Shown here one piece after another: positions 25,214 to 33,959 of a stretch of 64,000 nucleotides of DNA (position 1 is the first letter of the stretch; each line of letters opens with the position of its first letter). Position numbers and translations under genes: made by a program. Below the pieces are notes generated by a model. That model searched no databases and was not told the origin of the DNA. It saw only the letters and a list, made by a program, of their open reading frames with translations. The DNA comes from a virus (Duplodnaviria > Caudoviricetes): IMG/VR virus record IMGVR_UViG_2772190778_000001; one strand, 5' to 3'.

Positions 25214-25345
25214 TTCAACGCCCCTTTAACACCCCGCTAAACACCTCCCTCACTCCACATACCGAAACCCCTGCACGGCGCGGGAATGTCCCATATGCGC
25301 AGGAGGCGGGCTTTGCAAAGGTGGGATCTTGGCACCGAAGCCGAC
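25214..25345 (-). pseudogene. Relic 3' end of an ABC-GNAT allele plus its downstream motif
   Basis: AAGCCCGCC...TATGG...CATT(C/T)CCGCGCCGTGCAGGGGTTTCGGTATGTGGAGTGAGG matches the end of 26741-27850 with a 2-nt frameshift. Confidence 0.75.
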
Positions 25346-25356
25346 CTTCGTGACAG

Positions 25357-25399
25357 CGCAGCGAATGACGGGTCGGAGCCCATTGTGCTGGATGCTGCG
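25357..25399. repeat. Imperfect palindrome flanking cassette
   Basis: CGCAGC...GCTGCG ends with inner AATG/CATT pairing. Confidence 0.45.
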
Positions 25400-25475
25400 T
25401 TTTGCACCAACGACTGTTTTCGCAACAACAATTGAGAAGCAGGTGCGTAACGGACAAGAAAACTCCGGAAACACA

Positions 25476-26369
25476 TTAAAAGCGGAAGTCACGTCCCTTT
25501 TTCTTTGCCTTCTGACGAAGATCGGATACTCTTTTGCGGCTCTCTTCTGTTAATTCATTGTCAACTTCTGTGAGAGCGGCATTGATCGTTTTCTTCTCGA
25601 TCAGTAACTCTTTTAGTAAATTGTTTAATGCGATATCGATTTCGTGAAAGCACGCGAAGACCGACTGATAGCATTCCGAAGCTGGATCTGAATAGTATTG
25701 ATATTCAACTCCATCAACTTCAATGCTCTCCACCGTTATCTCGGGTTTATCGAGCTTTTCGAGCTCAACGCTCTCCTTCCAGGTTGCATTGTCGTAAAGA
25801 GCAGACGTAGTGCCAGGAAAAAATGTGTAAGGATTGAATTTTGCGGCATCTTCCAGCTCGAACATCAAGGCTTCGAGCTTCAGTGGAAGATTAGTGGTAC
25901 TTCTGAGTTTCATGATCTCGTAGTGGAAGTTCTTCCTAGTCAGAATATTCTCTATGAATTGCCTCTCAAAACCAAAGGGCGATGGATAGTATTCAACAAA
26001 TCTAGGTATATAGTCACCATGATCGCCTGCCCACTTTTCTTGGAAAAACGGAACTCTTGAATAAAGCTCATCTTTAATTTGGAGGACTGGAATCAACGCA
26101 TTTTCCAAATCGCTTCTCATTAAAACCAAACTCTCTCTAGTCGCGGCCAAAGACTGGCGTCGGGTCTCAATGACCTGCCGAGCAGCGTACCAAATTGCAA
26201 TCACGGTAAATATGGCTGCAAGGGGATTTATCCAACTTCGCAGGCAGATAACTGGGCTCTCGTCGGCAACACAGAAATAGCTATGGAGAGAAGACGCGTA
26301 AAGCCAGGCCGCAAACAAAAGTACTACGCTGCCCAACGAAACAGCGCATAGGATGAAAAGTTGTTTCAT
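25476..26369 (-). CDS. AT-rich membrane-anchored hypothetical cargo protein
   Basis: Two N-terminal hydrophobic segments, acidic soluble domain; start MKQLFIL. Confidence 0.75.
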   Translation of the reverse strand: MKQLFILCAVSLGSVVLLFAAWLYASSLHSYFCVADESPVICLRSWINPLAAIFTVIAIWYAARQVIETRRQSLAATRESLVLMRSDLENALIPVLQIKDELYSRVPFFQEKWAGDHGDYIPRFVEYYPSPFGFERQFIENILTRKNFHYEIMKLRSTTNLPLKLEALMFELEDAAKFNPYTFFPGTTSALYDNATWKESVELEKLDKPEITVESIEVDGVEYQYYSDPASECYQSVFACFHEIDIALNNLLKELLIEKKTINAALTEVDNELTEESRKRVSDLRQKAKKKGRDFRF

Positions 26370-26632
26370 ACGTTTAGAGTCCCTTTTGCCTTCCACCAAC
26401 CGTTGGCCAGAGTTGCCGATGGATACTGAGACGTCAATTGCTTGGTGTGCATTCCTCTGCAGGATCGCCTCGGGCAGCCAATGCTGCCATCAACTAACTC
26501 CCCGAAGTGTCCTAGGGCTTTCAATGGATGCCGTTCACCATTGCCGGGTAGCAATTTACGAGCGGTCATTGTTCTTAACAAGATCAGCGACCTCATCGTC
26601 CGCATCCTACCAGTTCGTGGCCCCCGCGGTGA

Positions 26633-26687
26633 ATGTCAGCTATCGCAAATTCGCGTCTGGGACCGTGGGTCCGCTTCGGGCTGACAT
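26633..26687. repeat. Imperfect palindrome flanking cassette
   Basis: ATGTCAGC/GCTGACAT outer arms, GGACC/GGTCC inner arms. Confidence 0.5.
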
Positions 26688-26740
26688 CGGTCATTAACTA
26701 GGAACATGAGGGGCAGGTTTAACCCCCCTTAAACACCCCC

Positions 26741-27850
26741 TCACTCCACATACCGAAACCCCTGCACGGCGCGGAAATGGCCGCCATAGCCAGTCCCGGC
26801 GGGCTTCAGGCCGCGACGCGCCCGGGCAGCGGCGAGGGTCTTCATGCTGCGTTCCTTGGACTGGGCGTAGAGGATGGCGGAGACCTGCGCCCAGAGGGGA
26901 TCGCGGCGGAGCGCTGCGGCGAGGCCGGGGTGCGAGGTGTGAAAGAGCATCGGCATCGGTTTGTCGTAGCGGTTCACGCCGCGCCGCCAGAGGGCGCAGA
27001 CCTCGTTGAGAAAGCGCAGGCCCAGCCCCGCGCCTTGCCACTCGGGCATGACGACAAGGCGACAGGCGCGGCCCTCGACCAGCCCCGGCCGGGTCGAGAC
27101 GGCGAGATGCGCCACGGGCGCGCCATCGACGAAACCCACGTAGTAATTGGCCGCGATCATGCGGGGCAGCTTCAGGTAGTGATGCGGCTCAAAGGCGGGC
27201 CAGAAGGAGCCGTCCGTCTGGTGAATGTCCATGGCAATGCGCGGTGCCCGTCGAAGACGCCTCCAGCGGAACTCGGCGCGGCGGGTGTCGATCACCCAAT
27301 CGGGCTGTAGCCATGACACCACGTCCTCGTGACAGGTGACGGCGACGAACTGGCCTTTGCCGCGCCGCCACGCCTTGGCAAACGCGGCGGCCCCGATCTG
27401 GGCCACGCGCCGGTCGATGGTCGAGGTGAACTCGTCGAGAATGGCAAAGCTCGGCCGCTCTGCCAGAATGCGCGCCAACTCAGCCCGGAATTGCTCGCCG
27501 GTCGAGAGATGGTGGAAGGGGCGCAGCCAGCTCGGCACGGTGCCAAGGCCCACGGCGGAGAGGGCCGCCGCGACGGCATCGAATGCGCCCTCGGGATCAA
27601 TCGCGTCGATCAGCGCGCCCTCGGGCCACGGACGTGGATCAAGCTGCGCGCCAAAGGCCGCGCGGGCAAGCGAGGATTTGCCGCTGCCCGAGGGGCCGAC
27701 AATGAGGCCGATCTGCCACGGCCGGGCCAAGAGATCGGCCTCGACCTCGAGGCGGAAATCCGCGTCGCCCTCGACGTTGAAGAGGCTGGAGACCCGGGCC
27801 GCGCGGTAGGTGTCCGGGATGGGGCTAGGGTGGTGGATGGCGAGCTTCAT
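26741..27850 (-). CDS. ABC-type ATPase fused to GNAT acetyltransferase (mom position)
   Basis: GPSGSGKS, LSTGEQFR, ILDEFTS, VTCHED; HHYL and RLVVMPEWQGAGLG. Confidence 0.88.
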   Translation of the reverse strand: MKLAIHHPSPIPDTYRAARVSSLFNVEGDADFRLEVEADLLARPWQIGLIVGPSGSGKSSLARAAFGAQLDPRPWPEGALIDAIDPEGAFDAVAAALSAVGLGTVPSWLRPFHHLSTGEQFRAELARILAERPSFAILDEFTSTIDRRVAQIGAAAFAKAWRRGKGQFVAVTCHEDVVSWLQPDWVIDTRRAEFRWRRLRRAPRIAMDIHQTDGSFWPAFEPHHYLKLPRMIAANYYVGFVDGAPVAHLAVSTRPGLVEGRACRLVVMPEWQGAGLGLRFLNEVCALWRRGVNRYDKPMPMLFHTSHPGLAAALRRDPLWAQVSAILYAQSKERSMKTLAAARARRGLKPAGTGYGGHFRAVQGFRYVE

Positions 27851-28029
27851 GTCACCACCACGCGGCATTTGAAGCCCTGACGGCGCAGGCGGCCAAAGGC
27901 ATCCACTTGGGCGGCCTCGTCCTCGAGCAGGACAATGACGCCATATTGCCGCCGGTAGCGGGTGCCCTTGGGCAGGCCCGGCGCACCGGGCGGCAGCTCA
28001 GGTTTCGGGAGGGTGGACGATCTTGCCAA
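27847..28029 (-). CDS. Small protein coupled to ABC-GNAT
   Basis: AAGGAG RBS plus TTG; YGVIVLLEDEAAQ...GFKCRVV; ATGA overlap. Confidence 0.7.
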   Translation of the reverse strand: MARSSTLPKPELPPGAPGLPKGTRYRRQYGVIVLLEDEAAQVDAFGRLRRQGFKCRVVVT

Positions 28030-28201
28030 GTTTGGCTCCTTCTCTTAGCGCATCGCGCTTTGGGGGAAGGGCTCTTGGCCTCGGTGTGTTCATGGCCCGG
28101 CATCTTGGGCACTTGATCGAGATGCCGGATATCCGCGCGCCTCTCGAAAACTTGAATAACAAACGGCCACATGCGCAGCAACGGGCATCTCGATCTTCCA
28201 C
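27998..28201 (-). CDS. com: Com-like zinc-finger translational regulator
   Basis: RC.ACGRLL...IKCPRC..N; GAGGTG RBS plus GTG; overlaps the next gene as in Mu com-mom. Confidence 0.85.
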   Translation of the reverse strand: MEDRDARCCACGRLLFKFSRGARISGISIKCPRCRAMNTPRPRALPPKRDALREGAKLGKIVHPPET

Positions 28202-28776
28202 TTAGAATCACCTCATAAGATCACCGCCCCCTTGGGGCAGGGAGCGGCCATGAGGTCTGTCTGGTCGGCGGGGTTTCTGTTTGGTGACGTGGCCCCGTGC
28301 CCTAGGGCGCGTTCCAGAAGCGCGCGCCCTAGGGTCTCTCTCTAGCGCCACAGTGGGGCCAGCGGCCGGTGTGGTTCGCCAGTTTCGCGCGGGGCAATCG
28401 GCCATTCCAGATGAAGGATTTCCGAGGGTCCCACGGCCCCTTGTGCTGTTTGAGCCCTTTGGCGCTGCCAATCTCTGAGCGGGCCGCCGGAGACACACGT
28501 ATCTCGCCACGATGTGAACGGGAGTGAGGCCTTATGCGGCCCCGCGGACCTCGACCCTGACCACAGAATCGCCCATTGGTGCCGCGGCTCTCCTCCGAGC
28601 TTGGGGCGATGATTTGTTGTGTTGGTCGGCGGGGCCCTGCGTTTTGCATCCCCGTGCCTCGGGACGTGCCCTCCCTGCGTCCCGAGGCCCCCATGGAGGC
28701 AGGCCTATAAGGGTCACCAATGGTCTGCGGCATAATCCGCCTGCATCGGGTCCATGGCCAGCAGCGCAGTCAGGAC
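28202..28776 (-). ncRNA. Candidate structured RNA/leader with two copies of a conserved module
   Basis: TGGTCGGCGGGG...CCCCGTGCC followed by a perfect 11-12 bp hairpin at 28262-28334 and 28623-28688; no convincing ORF. Confidence 0.45.
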
Positions 28777-29220
28777 TTAGCTGTCGAACTCTGCTATTTC
28801 AGCCTCGAACTGCCCGAGCGCATCGTCAGTATCCGTTACAGATTGCGACAGGCTAATGGCCTGGATCGTTTCGATCCGCGCCTTTTCCAATTGAGCGCCA
28901 ATGTCTCTCCACTGGGCCGCCAGATTCAGAAACACTTGGGCCACTTCGTATGCGCTGCTGCCTGTAGATCCGACTTCTCCGGCAATAAATGGATAGTCTT
29001 GTTCCCAGCCTGCCACCGTGTTTGGTTCGGGTGTTGCTGCGACGTACGCCAAGGCCTCGGCTTCCTTGGCCATGTAGATCATGGATTGACCCGCAATCGA
29101 CGTGATGAACCTCGACCTGATCTGATCCATTCTCTTGTTGACGGCATCCTTGGCTTTAGCCTTGCAAACGTTCAGTTCGCGCGCTTTGCTCACATCGGAG
29201 CGGGACAATATGCGTGTCAT
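28777..29220 (-). CDS. Tail fibre-associated/assembly protein (DUF4376-like)
   Basis: IR.RFIT...GQ.MIY.AK..EA, YPF...EVG, LE..R motifs; follows tail tip genes. Confidence 0.7.
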   Translation of the reverse strand: MTRILSRSDVSKARELNVCKAKAKDAVNKRMDQIRSRFITSIAGQSMIYMAKEAEALAYVAATPEPNTVAGWEQDYPFIAGEVGSTGSSAYEVAQVFLNLAAQWRDIGAQLEKARIETIQAISLSQSVTDTDDALGQFEAEIAEFDS

Positions 29221-29639
29221 TCAATCATTACCTCGGCAAATGTTGGAACATGGGGAAATGGTGCTTCGACCTCGACCCGGTATGTTCCGGGGTCAATAAA
29301 TTCAAATGCCTCCTCGTGATCATCGGTTTCGGCAATGATTGTTGCCATGACTTCTTGACCAGTTTGATCAAATACATTGATCGTCGTTCCTTCGGAGCAT
29401 GACGGAACAATTATCTTGCCATCACTTGAATAAGGTTGGGGCGACTTTGGTCTTGAAACAAGGATACCTTCGACAAGCATCATGTTACTCAGCTCATAAA
29501 GGGTCACCGGAACGGGTGTTTGAATCTCGCCGTCGCTTGGCTGATCGACCACAACCCTCATAAATCCCTCGGGTTGACCGCTGGTAGAAACTGCTTCCTG
29601 GACAATGCCCTGTTCGTTCAATTTCACAAAATATCCCAT
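29217..29639 (-). CDS. Hypothetical tail-associated protein
   Basis: Coupled between tail tip and fibre-associated gene; AT-richer. Confidence 0.7.
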   Translation of the reverse strand: MGYFVKLNEQGIVQEAVSTSGQPEGFMRVVVDQPSDGEIQTPVPVTLYELSNMMLVEGILVSRPKSPQPYSSDGKIIVPSCSEGTTINVFDQTGQEVMATIIAETDDHEEAFEFIDPGTYRVEVEAPFPHVPTFAEVMIE

Positions 29640-29640
29640 G

Positions 29641-32600
29641 TTACCTCCTTACTGCCCTTAGACTAATAGCTGCGTTTCTCAGGCAGTTTTGGGTTGTTGA
29701 CAAACCTCCAGTCGGAAAATCATAGGCCGTCAAAAGACGAAGCTGGACGCTGTCCGCATTGTAAATGCGATTGGTTACAAAGTGTCTTTGAGTGTAAGTT
29801 GCCCCAATACCGCCGATAGCATAGCCACTATTGTAAAGGTTCGCCCAAGCGCTCCAAGAGCCCGCAAAGTTGATCCGTTCTTGTAACAGGAATGCGGTGT
29901 TCACAACCCGGCCATCAAAAGCCGATGTTCCTGCTGGCCTATGTTCAAAGAAGGTACCAATTGTGTACATTGACTCTGGTGTGGCGTCTCCGGACGAAAG
30001 TGTGGTCAGGCAGTGAACTGAGTTATGTGCAACGTGCTGAGCGGCCGTGCTAAGTGCAGTTCCCCCATCAGAAACAGAGCCTTCGACAAGCGAAGATCGA
30101 ACGATCAGACTGTTGAACTCGGCATTACCGTTTTTGTTGATCTGCCATCCCATAGAACCGGCAGAAAAATCATCAGATTGAAGAGCATCACCAAAGAGAG
30201 CCAGACCAGCGGCCGCGAAACTTCCAGTGTTGATATGATTGGATTGAATTTCGCCATCAACAATCAGCTTTCCAGTATTCATGCGGCGCACCATGACGCC
30301 ACCTATGTAGCAGTTGGTGGTGCCGTTGTTGCCTTTGATCAGACGAATGCGCGCGAACTTGAAGCCCGCCGGAACATTGATCGCGCCCTCGACCTTCGTG
30401 ATGGAGGTAGAGGAGACGGCCCCAATATTCGCGAAGATGTAGTCGGTTCCGTTCACGCCGGAAAAGGTCGGGTTTCTGGACAACTGCAGGTCCGCATAAA
30501 CGTTGCCTGTTCCGGCGACGATCCGTGCAAAATAACGGAAATAGAGGGCTTCCCCTTCACCGTTCAACTCAATCGTAAAGAGGCTGTTGGATACGGTGTA
30601 GGTCGTGCCCACCCCTTGCAAGCGCGCAAGGTTGGTGGATCCCCAGCTCGTGATGGCAGAGGTCGTGATCCAGTCGACGCCAGCAGGGTTGGACCATGCG
30701 GAATGATCATCAAAATTGGCGTCGACATTCAGGTTGTCGAAGGACCCGATGGCCATATTCCGCGCGCGCACGGCGTTGGCCGCCAATTGATCCGCGCCAA
30801 TGGCGCCTGCCGCGATGGAGGCGGCCGTGAATTGCCCCACCACGTCGGTGCTGGCAACCGAGGCGACATAGGCCGTACCGTTCCAGCGATAGATTTTGCC
30901 GCCAAACGCGACCAGCTCAGTCGATTTGACCGTGGGCAGAGACCCCACAACCGTGACCGGCTCCAGACCCGCCGCAAAGCTCGTCGCGTCAATCAGCCCT
31001 TGAAGTGCCTCCTGATTGATCACGTCGCCCGCCGCGCGCGCGGTGGCCGTCACCCTCGCAGACCAGCCTGATTTGTTGCCCGAGGTGTCGACCGCGCGCA
31101 CCCAATAGTTCAGGGTCTGGCCCCCTGTCAGGTTCTGGCTGATAAATTGCGGCGTGGTGGTGATATAGGTCGGCACAGTGCTGACGCCCGGAGCCGTGGC
31201 CGACACCCGCTCGACGATCTCATAGCGCGACAGATCGCTTTCGGTGTTGGCGGTCCACTTGACCCAGATGCCCTCGAACATCCCCTCGGCAGAGATGCCG
31301 CTCGGGACGGCGGGCGGTATCGTATCGACAGCCGCCGTGATGCCAACCGCTGCCGACCAAGCCGACTTGGTGCCAATCGCCGACACCGCGCGCACGCGCA
31401 TCGAAAACACCGATCCCGGCACCCCATCGCGAGACCACGCAGGCCCTCCGGCCGGAAAGATCGTCTCGGTCCCGCCCGTGGTGACCCCCACCTCGTAACT
31501 GGCCGCATTCGCAACAGCACCCCAGACTGCGGAGACCCGCGAGAGGGCGTCGGCGACCAGCACCGTTGCCAGTGCCAGCCCCGTCGGCACAGTCACGGTG
31601 GTGAGTGCGGGATCAAGATCGACGCCGGTCATGCGCAGGTCGGGCGTGGTCACGCTCAGCCATGGCGACCAGGCGGTCGGGGCATCCGCCACGTAGCGGG
31701 CGCGCACCTCGTATTCCGTGGCGGCGATCAGATCGCCGCGCACCAGCACGCGGCCACCTTCCACCGGCTTGATCCCCTCGGCGATGAGCTCCTGCGTGGC
31801 CCGGACGCGGACCTCATAGCGCAGGTTTCGGATCGACGGGAACGCATCGTCAACCGTCCAGGTCAGCAGGATTGCCGGGCGGCGAGCATTGCCCGCATCG
31901 TCAGACAGATCAAAGGCCGCAACAGACAGCGCCACGACCGCAGGGGTGGGCGGCGTTTGCCCGTTGGTCGGCAGAGGGGCTGCGACTTCAAGCTCCGGCT
32001 TGATCGCAACGTCGCCCGCCTCGCGCTCGCGCACGGTCACGACCTGCAAGAGCGTGTCGGGTCGGTCCTCGACCTCGATCACCTCGAACATTTTGCTGGT
32101 GTAACCAAAGGTCTCGGAGGTGAAGCTGATCGAATCCAGCGGCTCAACTAGGGCAAAGGACGGCGGCAGCGTCATCTGATGGGTGCGAAACCGTCGCCCG
32201 TCCAGCAGATAGGCGTTCAAGAGTTGCTGCGCCTGCGCCTTGACGCTTACGGCTGGCAGGCCAAGGCTGGATACGCGCTGACGGCCATCCTCGGCCACCC
32301 AATCCTCATTGAGGATCAGATCGGCGTCCCGACCTTCCCAAATGTCGTTTGGCTCAACATAGGTGCCGGTGATGCCGTTGGTCACGGTGTCGAACGCCGG
32401 GAACGGTGTCAGCACAGACCCTTCCGTGATTACGAAATCCGCGTCGGTCACATGCAGGACCGGGGCGGCGGGCGCACCCACGCGCACCCGGAACACCCCA
32501 CCAAACTCGCTCATCTGGGCAAAGCTGGCGCGGTTCATTTCCTCGATCACATCGACGGGCTCCATTTCCTCGACGTTGATCTCGAACCCGGCCACGTATT

Positions 32601-33579
32601 GCTTGCGCCCGCCGACATCGACGTCGCACTCGTTCATGGCGGCGAACCAGTTATCAAGCGGCAAATCCTCTGCGTCGACCCGCCCGCCCCAGATATCGCC
32701 GGTGGGCAGGGTGATGCCGCGCATAACGTTGTAATTGATCACTATCGGGTTTTCGGTCCACTCCCACGTGGTCGGATCATCCCAACGATGCGCGCCAGAG
32801 CCGCCCACGGTCGTATCCTTGCGCGGATCATAGAGCTTGATGCCCTGCACCTCGAAACGCACCGAGGGCAGGCCCTGATAGATCTCGGGATCAAGCGCGA
32901 ACTCCAGCACAGCATAGGCCGTGCCGCGCAGGACGTGATCGGTTGTCCAAGGGCGATCAACGTGGTGTTCGTAATAGTGCACCAGAGGCTCGGCGGCGGT
33001 GGTCTGGGTGCCGTCATAGAACCACAGCCACGCGGTCGGATCGGTATCATCCTGCCGGAACGCTGTCAGGATGCGGCGGCCAGACCCGGTAAACACTTCA
33101 TTGAATGGCCCCGCGCTATCTGCGGGCGCTTCGATGTCGGAGTATTTCCCGTTGATCACGATCCGCCCGGTCAGGCCAGTGACGGGAACATTCGAGACCT
33201 CAAGAATGTAAGTCAGGATGCCGTTGTTCTTGAACCGGGAATAGGCGGGTGCGACCGCGTGACCCTCGACGGCGTAGGTGCCCACCACGAACTTGGCGGG
33301 CGTGACATCGCCGGTGGTGGTCTGCTCTGTCTGGATGCCCTGGCCGTTCACCTTCGGCTTCTTGGCGAAGGCTTGGCTCAGCAGCGACAGGCCCGCGCCG
33401 ACGATGATCCGCGTCGCAAAAGCCCCGAGCGCGCCGAACCCGGCCGCAATTGCAGCAAAGGTGCCAGCTCCCGCGCTCGATGCGGCCAGAGCGATGGCAA
33501 TCGCAGACGAAATCGGCTCGGCCAAAGCTCCGCTCGGCGCTGCGATGAATGCCGCGAGGATCGCAAAGAAGAGGATCAT
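29641..33579 (-). CDS. Tail tip/central fibre (host specificity, gpJ-like) with FN3-like repeats
   Basis: 1312 aa; LRGTAYAV, VQGIKLYDPR, YEVRARY / YWVRAVDTSGNKSGWS, QSDDF.AG..GWQINKNG.AEFN. Confidence 0.85.
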   Translation of the reverse strand: MILFFAILAAFIAAPSGALAEPISSAIAIALAASSAGAGTFAAIAAGFGALGAFATRIIVGAGLSLLSQAFAKKPKVNGQGIQTEQTTTGDVTPAKFVVGTYAVEGHAVAPAYSRFKNNGILTYILEVSNVPVTGLTGRIVINGKYSDIEAPADSAGPFNEVFTGSGRRILTAFRQDDTDPTAWLWFYDGTQTTAAEPLVHYYEHHVDRPWTTDHVLRGTAYAVLEFALDPEIYQGLPSVRFEVQGIKLYDPRKDTTVGGSGAHRWDDPTTWEWTENPIVINYNVMRGITLPTGDIWGGRVDAEDLPLDNWFAAMNECDVDVGGRKQYVAGFEINVEEMEPVDVIEEMNRASFAQMSEFGGVFRVRVGAPAAPVLHVTDADFVITEGSVLTPFPAFDTVTNGITGTYVEPNDIWEGRDADLILNEDWVAEDGRQRVSSLGLPAVSVKAQAQQLLNAYLLDGRRFRTHQMTLPPSFALVEPLDSISFTSETFGYTSKMFEVIEVEDRPDTLLQVVTVREREAGDVAIKPELEVAAPLPTNGQTPPTPAVVALSVAAFDLSDDAGNARRPAILLTWTVDDAFPSIRNLRYEVRVRATQELIAEGIKPVEGGRVLVRGDLIAATEYEVRARYVADAPTAWSPWLSVTTPDLRMTGVDLDPALTTVTVPTGLALATVLVADALSRVSAVWGAVANAASYEVGVTTGGTETIFPAGGPAWSRDGVPGSVFSMRVRAVSAIGTKSAWSAAVGITAAVDTIPPAVPSGISAEGMFEGIWVKWTANTESDLSRYEIVERVSATAPGVSTVPTYITTTPQFISQNLTGGQTLNYWVRAVDTSGNKSGWSARVTATARAAGDVINQEALQGLIDATSFAAGLEPVTVVGSLPTVKSTELVAFGGKIYRWNGTAYVASVASTDVVGQFTAASIAAGAIGADQLAANAVRARNMAIGSFDNLNVDANFDDHSAWSNPAGVDWITTSAITSWGSTNLARLQGVGTTYTVSNSLFTIELNGEGEALYFRYFARIVAGTGNVYADLQLSRNPTFSGVNGTDYIFANIGAVSSTSITKVEGAINVPAGFKFARIRLIKGNNGTTNCYIGGVMVRRMNTGKLIVDGEIQSNHINTGSFAAAGLALFGDALQSDDFSAGSMGWQINKNGNAEFNSLIVRSSLVEGSVSDGGTALSTAAQHVAHNSVHCLTTLSSGDATPESMYTIGTFFEHRPAGTSAFDGRVVNTAFLLQERINFAGSWSAWANLYNSGYAIGGIGATYTQRHFVTNRIYNADSVQLRLLTAYDFPTGGLSTTQNCLRNAAISLRAVRR

Positions 33580-33959
33580 ATCTGGAAGGCCCTCTCCGCT
33601 TTGAGGCGGGACAGATGCCCCAGCCCGTCAGGCCGCAGCACGAACACGCGGTCACTGGCAAAGATGCCCATGGCGCTGCCCTCGCACACCGCCAGATCGC
33701 CGACCTGTGCCATGGCGGGCGGGATCTCCGGGAAGAGGCTCGCGATGTAATCGACATGGCTGGCAAAGCCGTCTTGGGCCATCACGCGGGTGAGGCCTGC
33801 CATGCTGCGATAGCGCCCGCGCCACCGCTCGCCGTGATCGACGCCGGTCGCGACCTTCACCCACCCGGCCACATACATGCCGCAGTCGTGGCTGCCGGGC
33901 CGAAACCGCTTGGCCCGCACGGCGTCGAGATAATCGATCAATCGTATTGCCCGGCTCAT
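33576..33959 (-). CDS. NlpC/P60-like tail protein (DUF6950-like)
   Basis: F.PGSHDCG...AGWV...TG.D, A..GDLAV. Confidence 0.75.
   Translation of the reverse strand: MSRAIRLIDYLDAVRAKRFRPGSHDCGMYVAGWVKVATGVDHGERWRGRYRSMAGLTRVMAQDGFASHVDYIASLFPEIPPAMAQVGDLAVCEGSAMGIFASDRVFVLRPDGLGHLSRLKAERAFQI

Noticed and set aside
26741-27850. ABC transporter
   Set aside because: No permease or substrate-binding genes; fused GNAT domain and com-mom position argue otherwise.
28329-28733. 134-aa and 62-aa ORFs in the com upstream region
   Set aside because: Low-complexity Arg/Gly/Pro composition and no motifs; the hairpin modules explain the region better.
28202-28776. CRISPR array, tRNA, known riboswitch or HDV-like ribozyme
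   Set aside because: Only two non-identical modules with no spacer periodicity, no cloverleaf, and no consensus I could match by eye.
29641-30700. Diversity-generating retroelement or invertible G-segment for the tail tip
   Set aside because: No reverse transcriptase, no template/variable repeat pair, no serine invertase or gix-like repeats seen.
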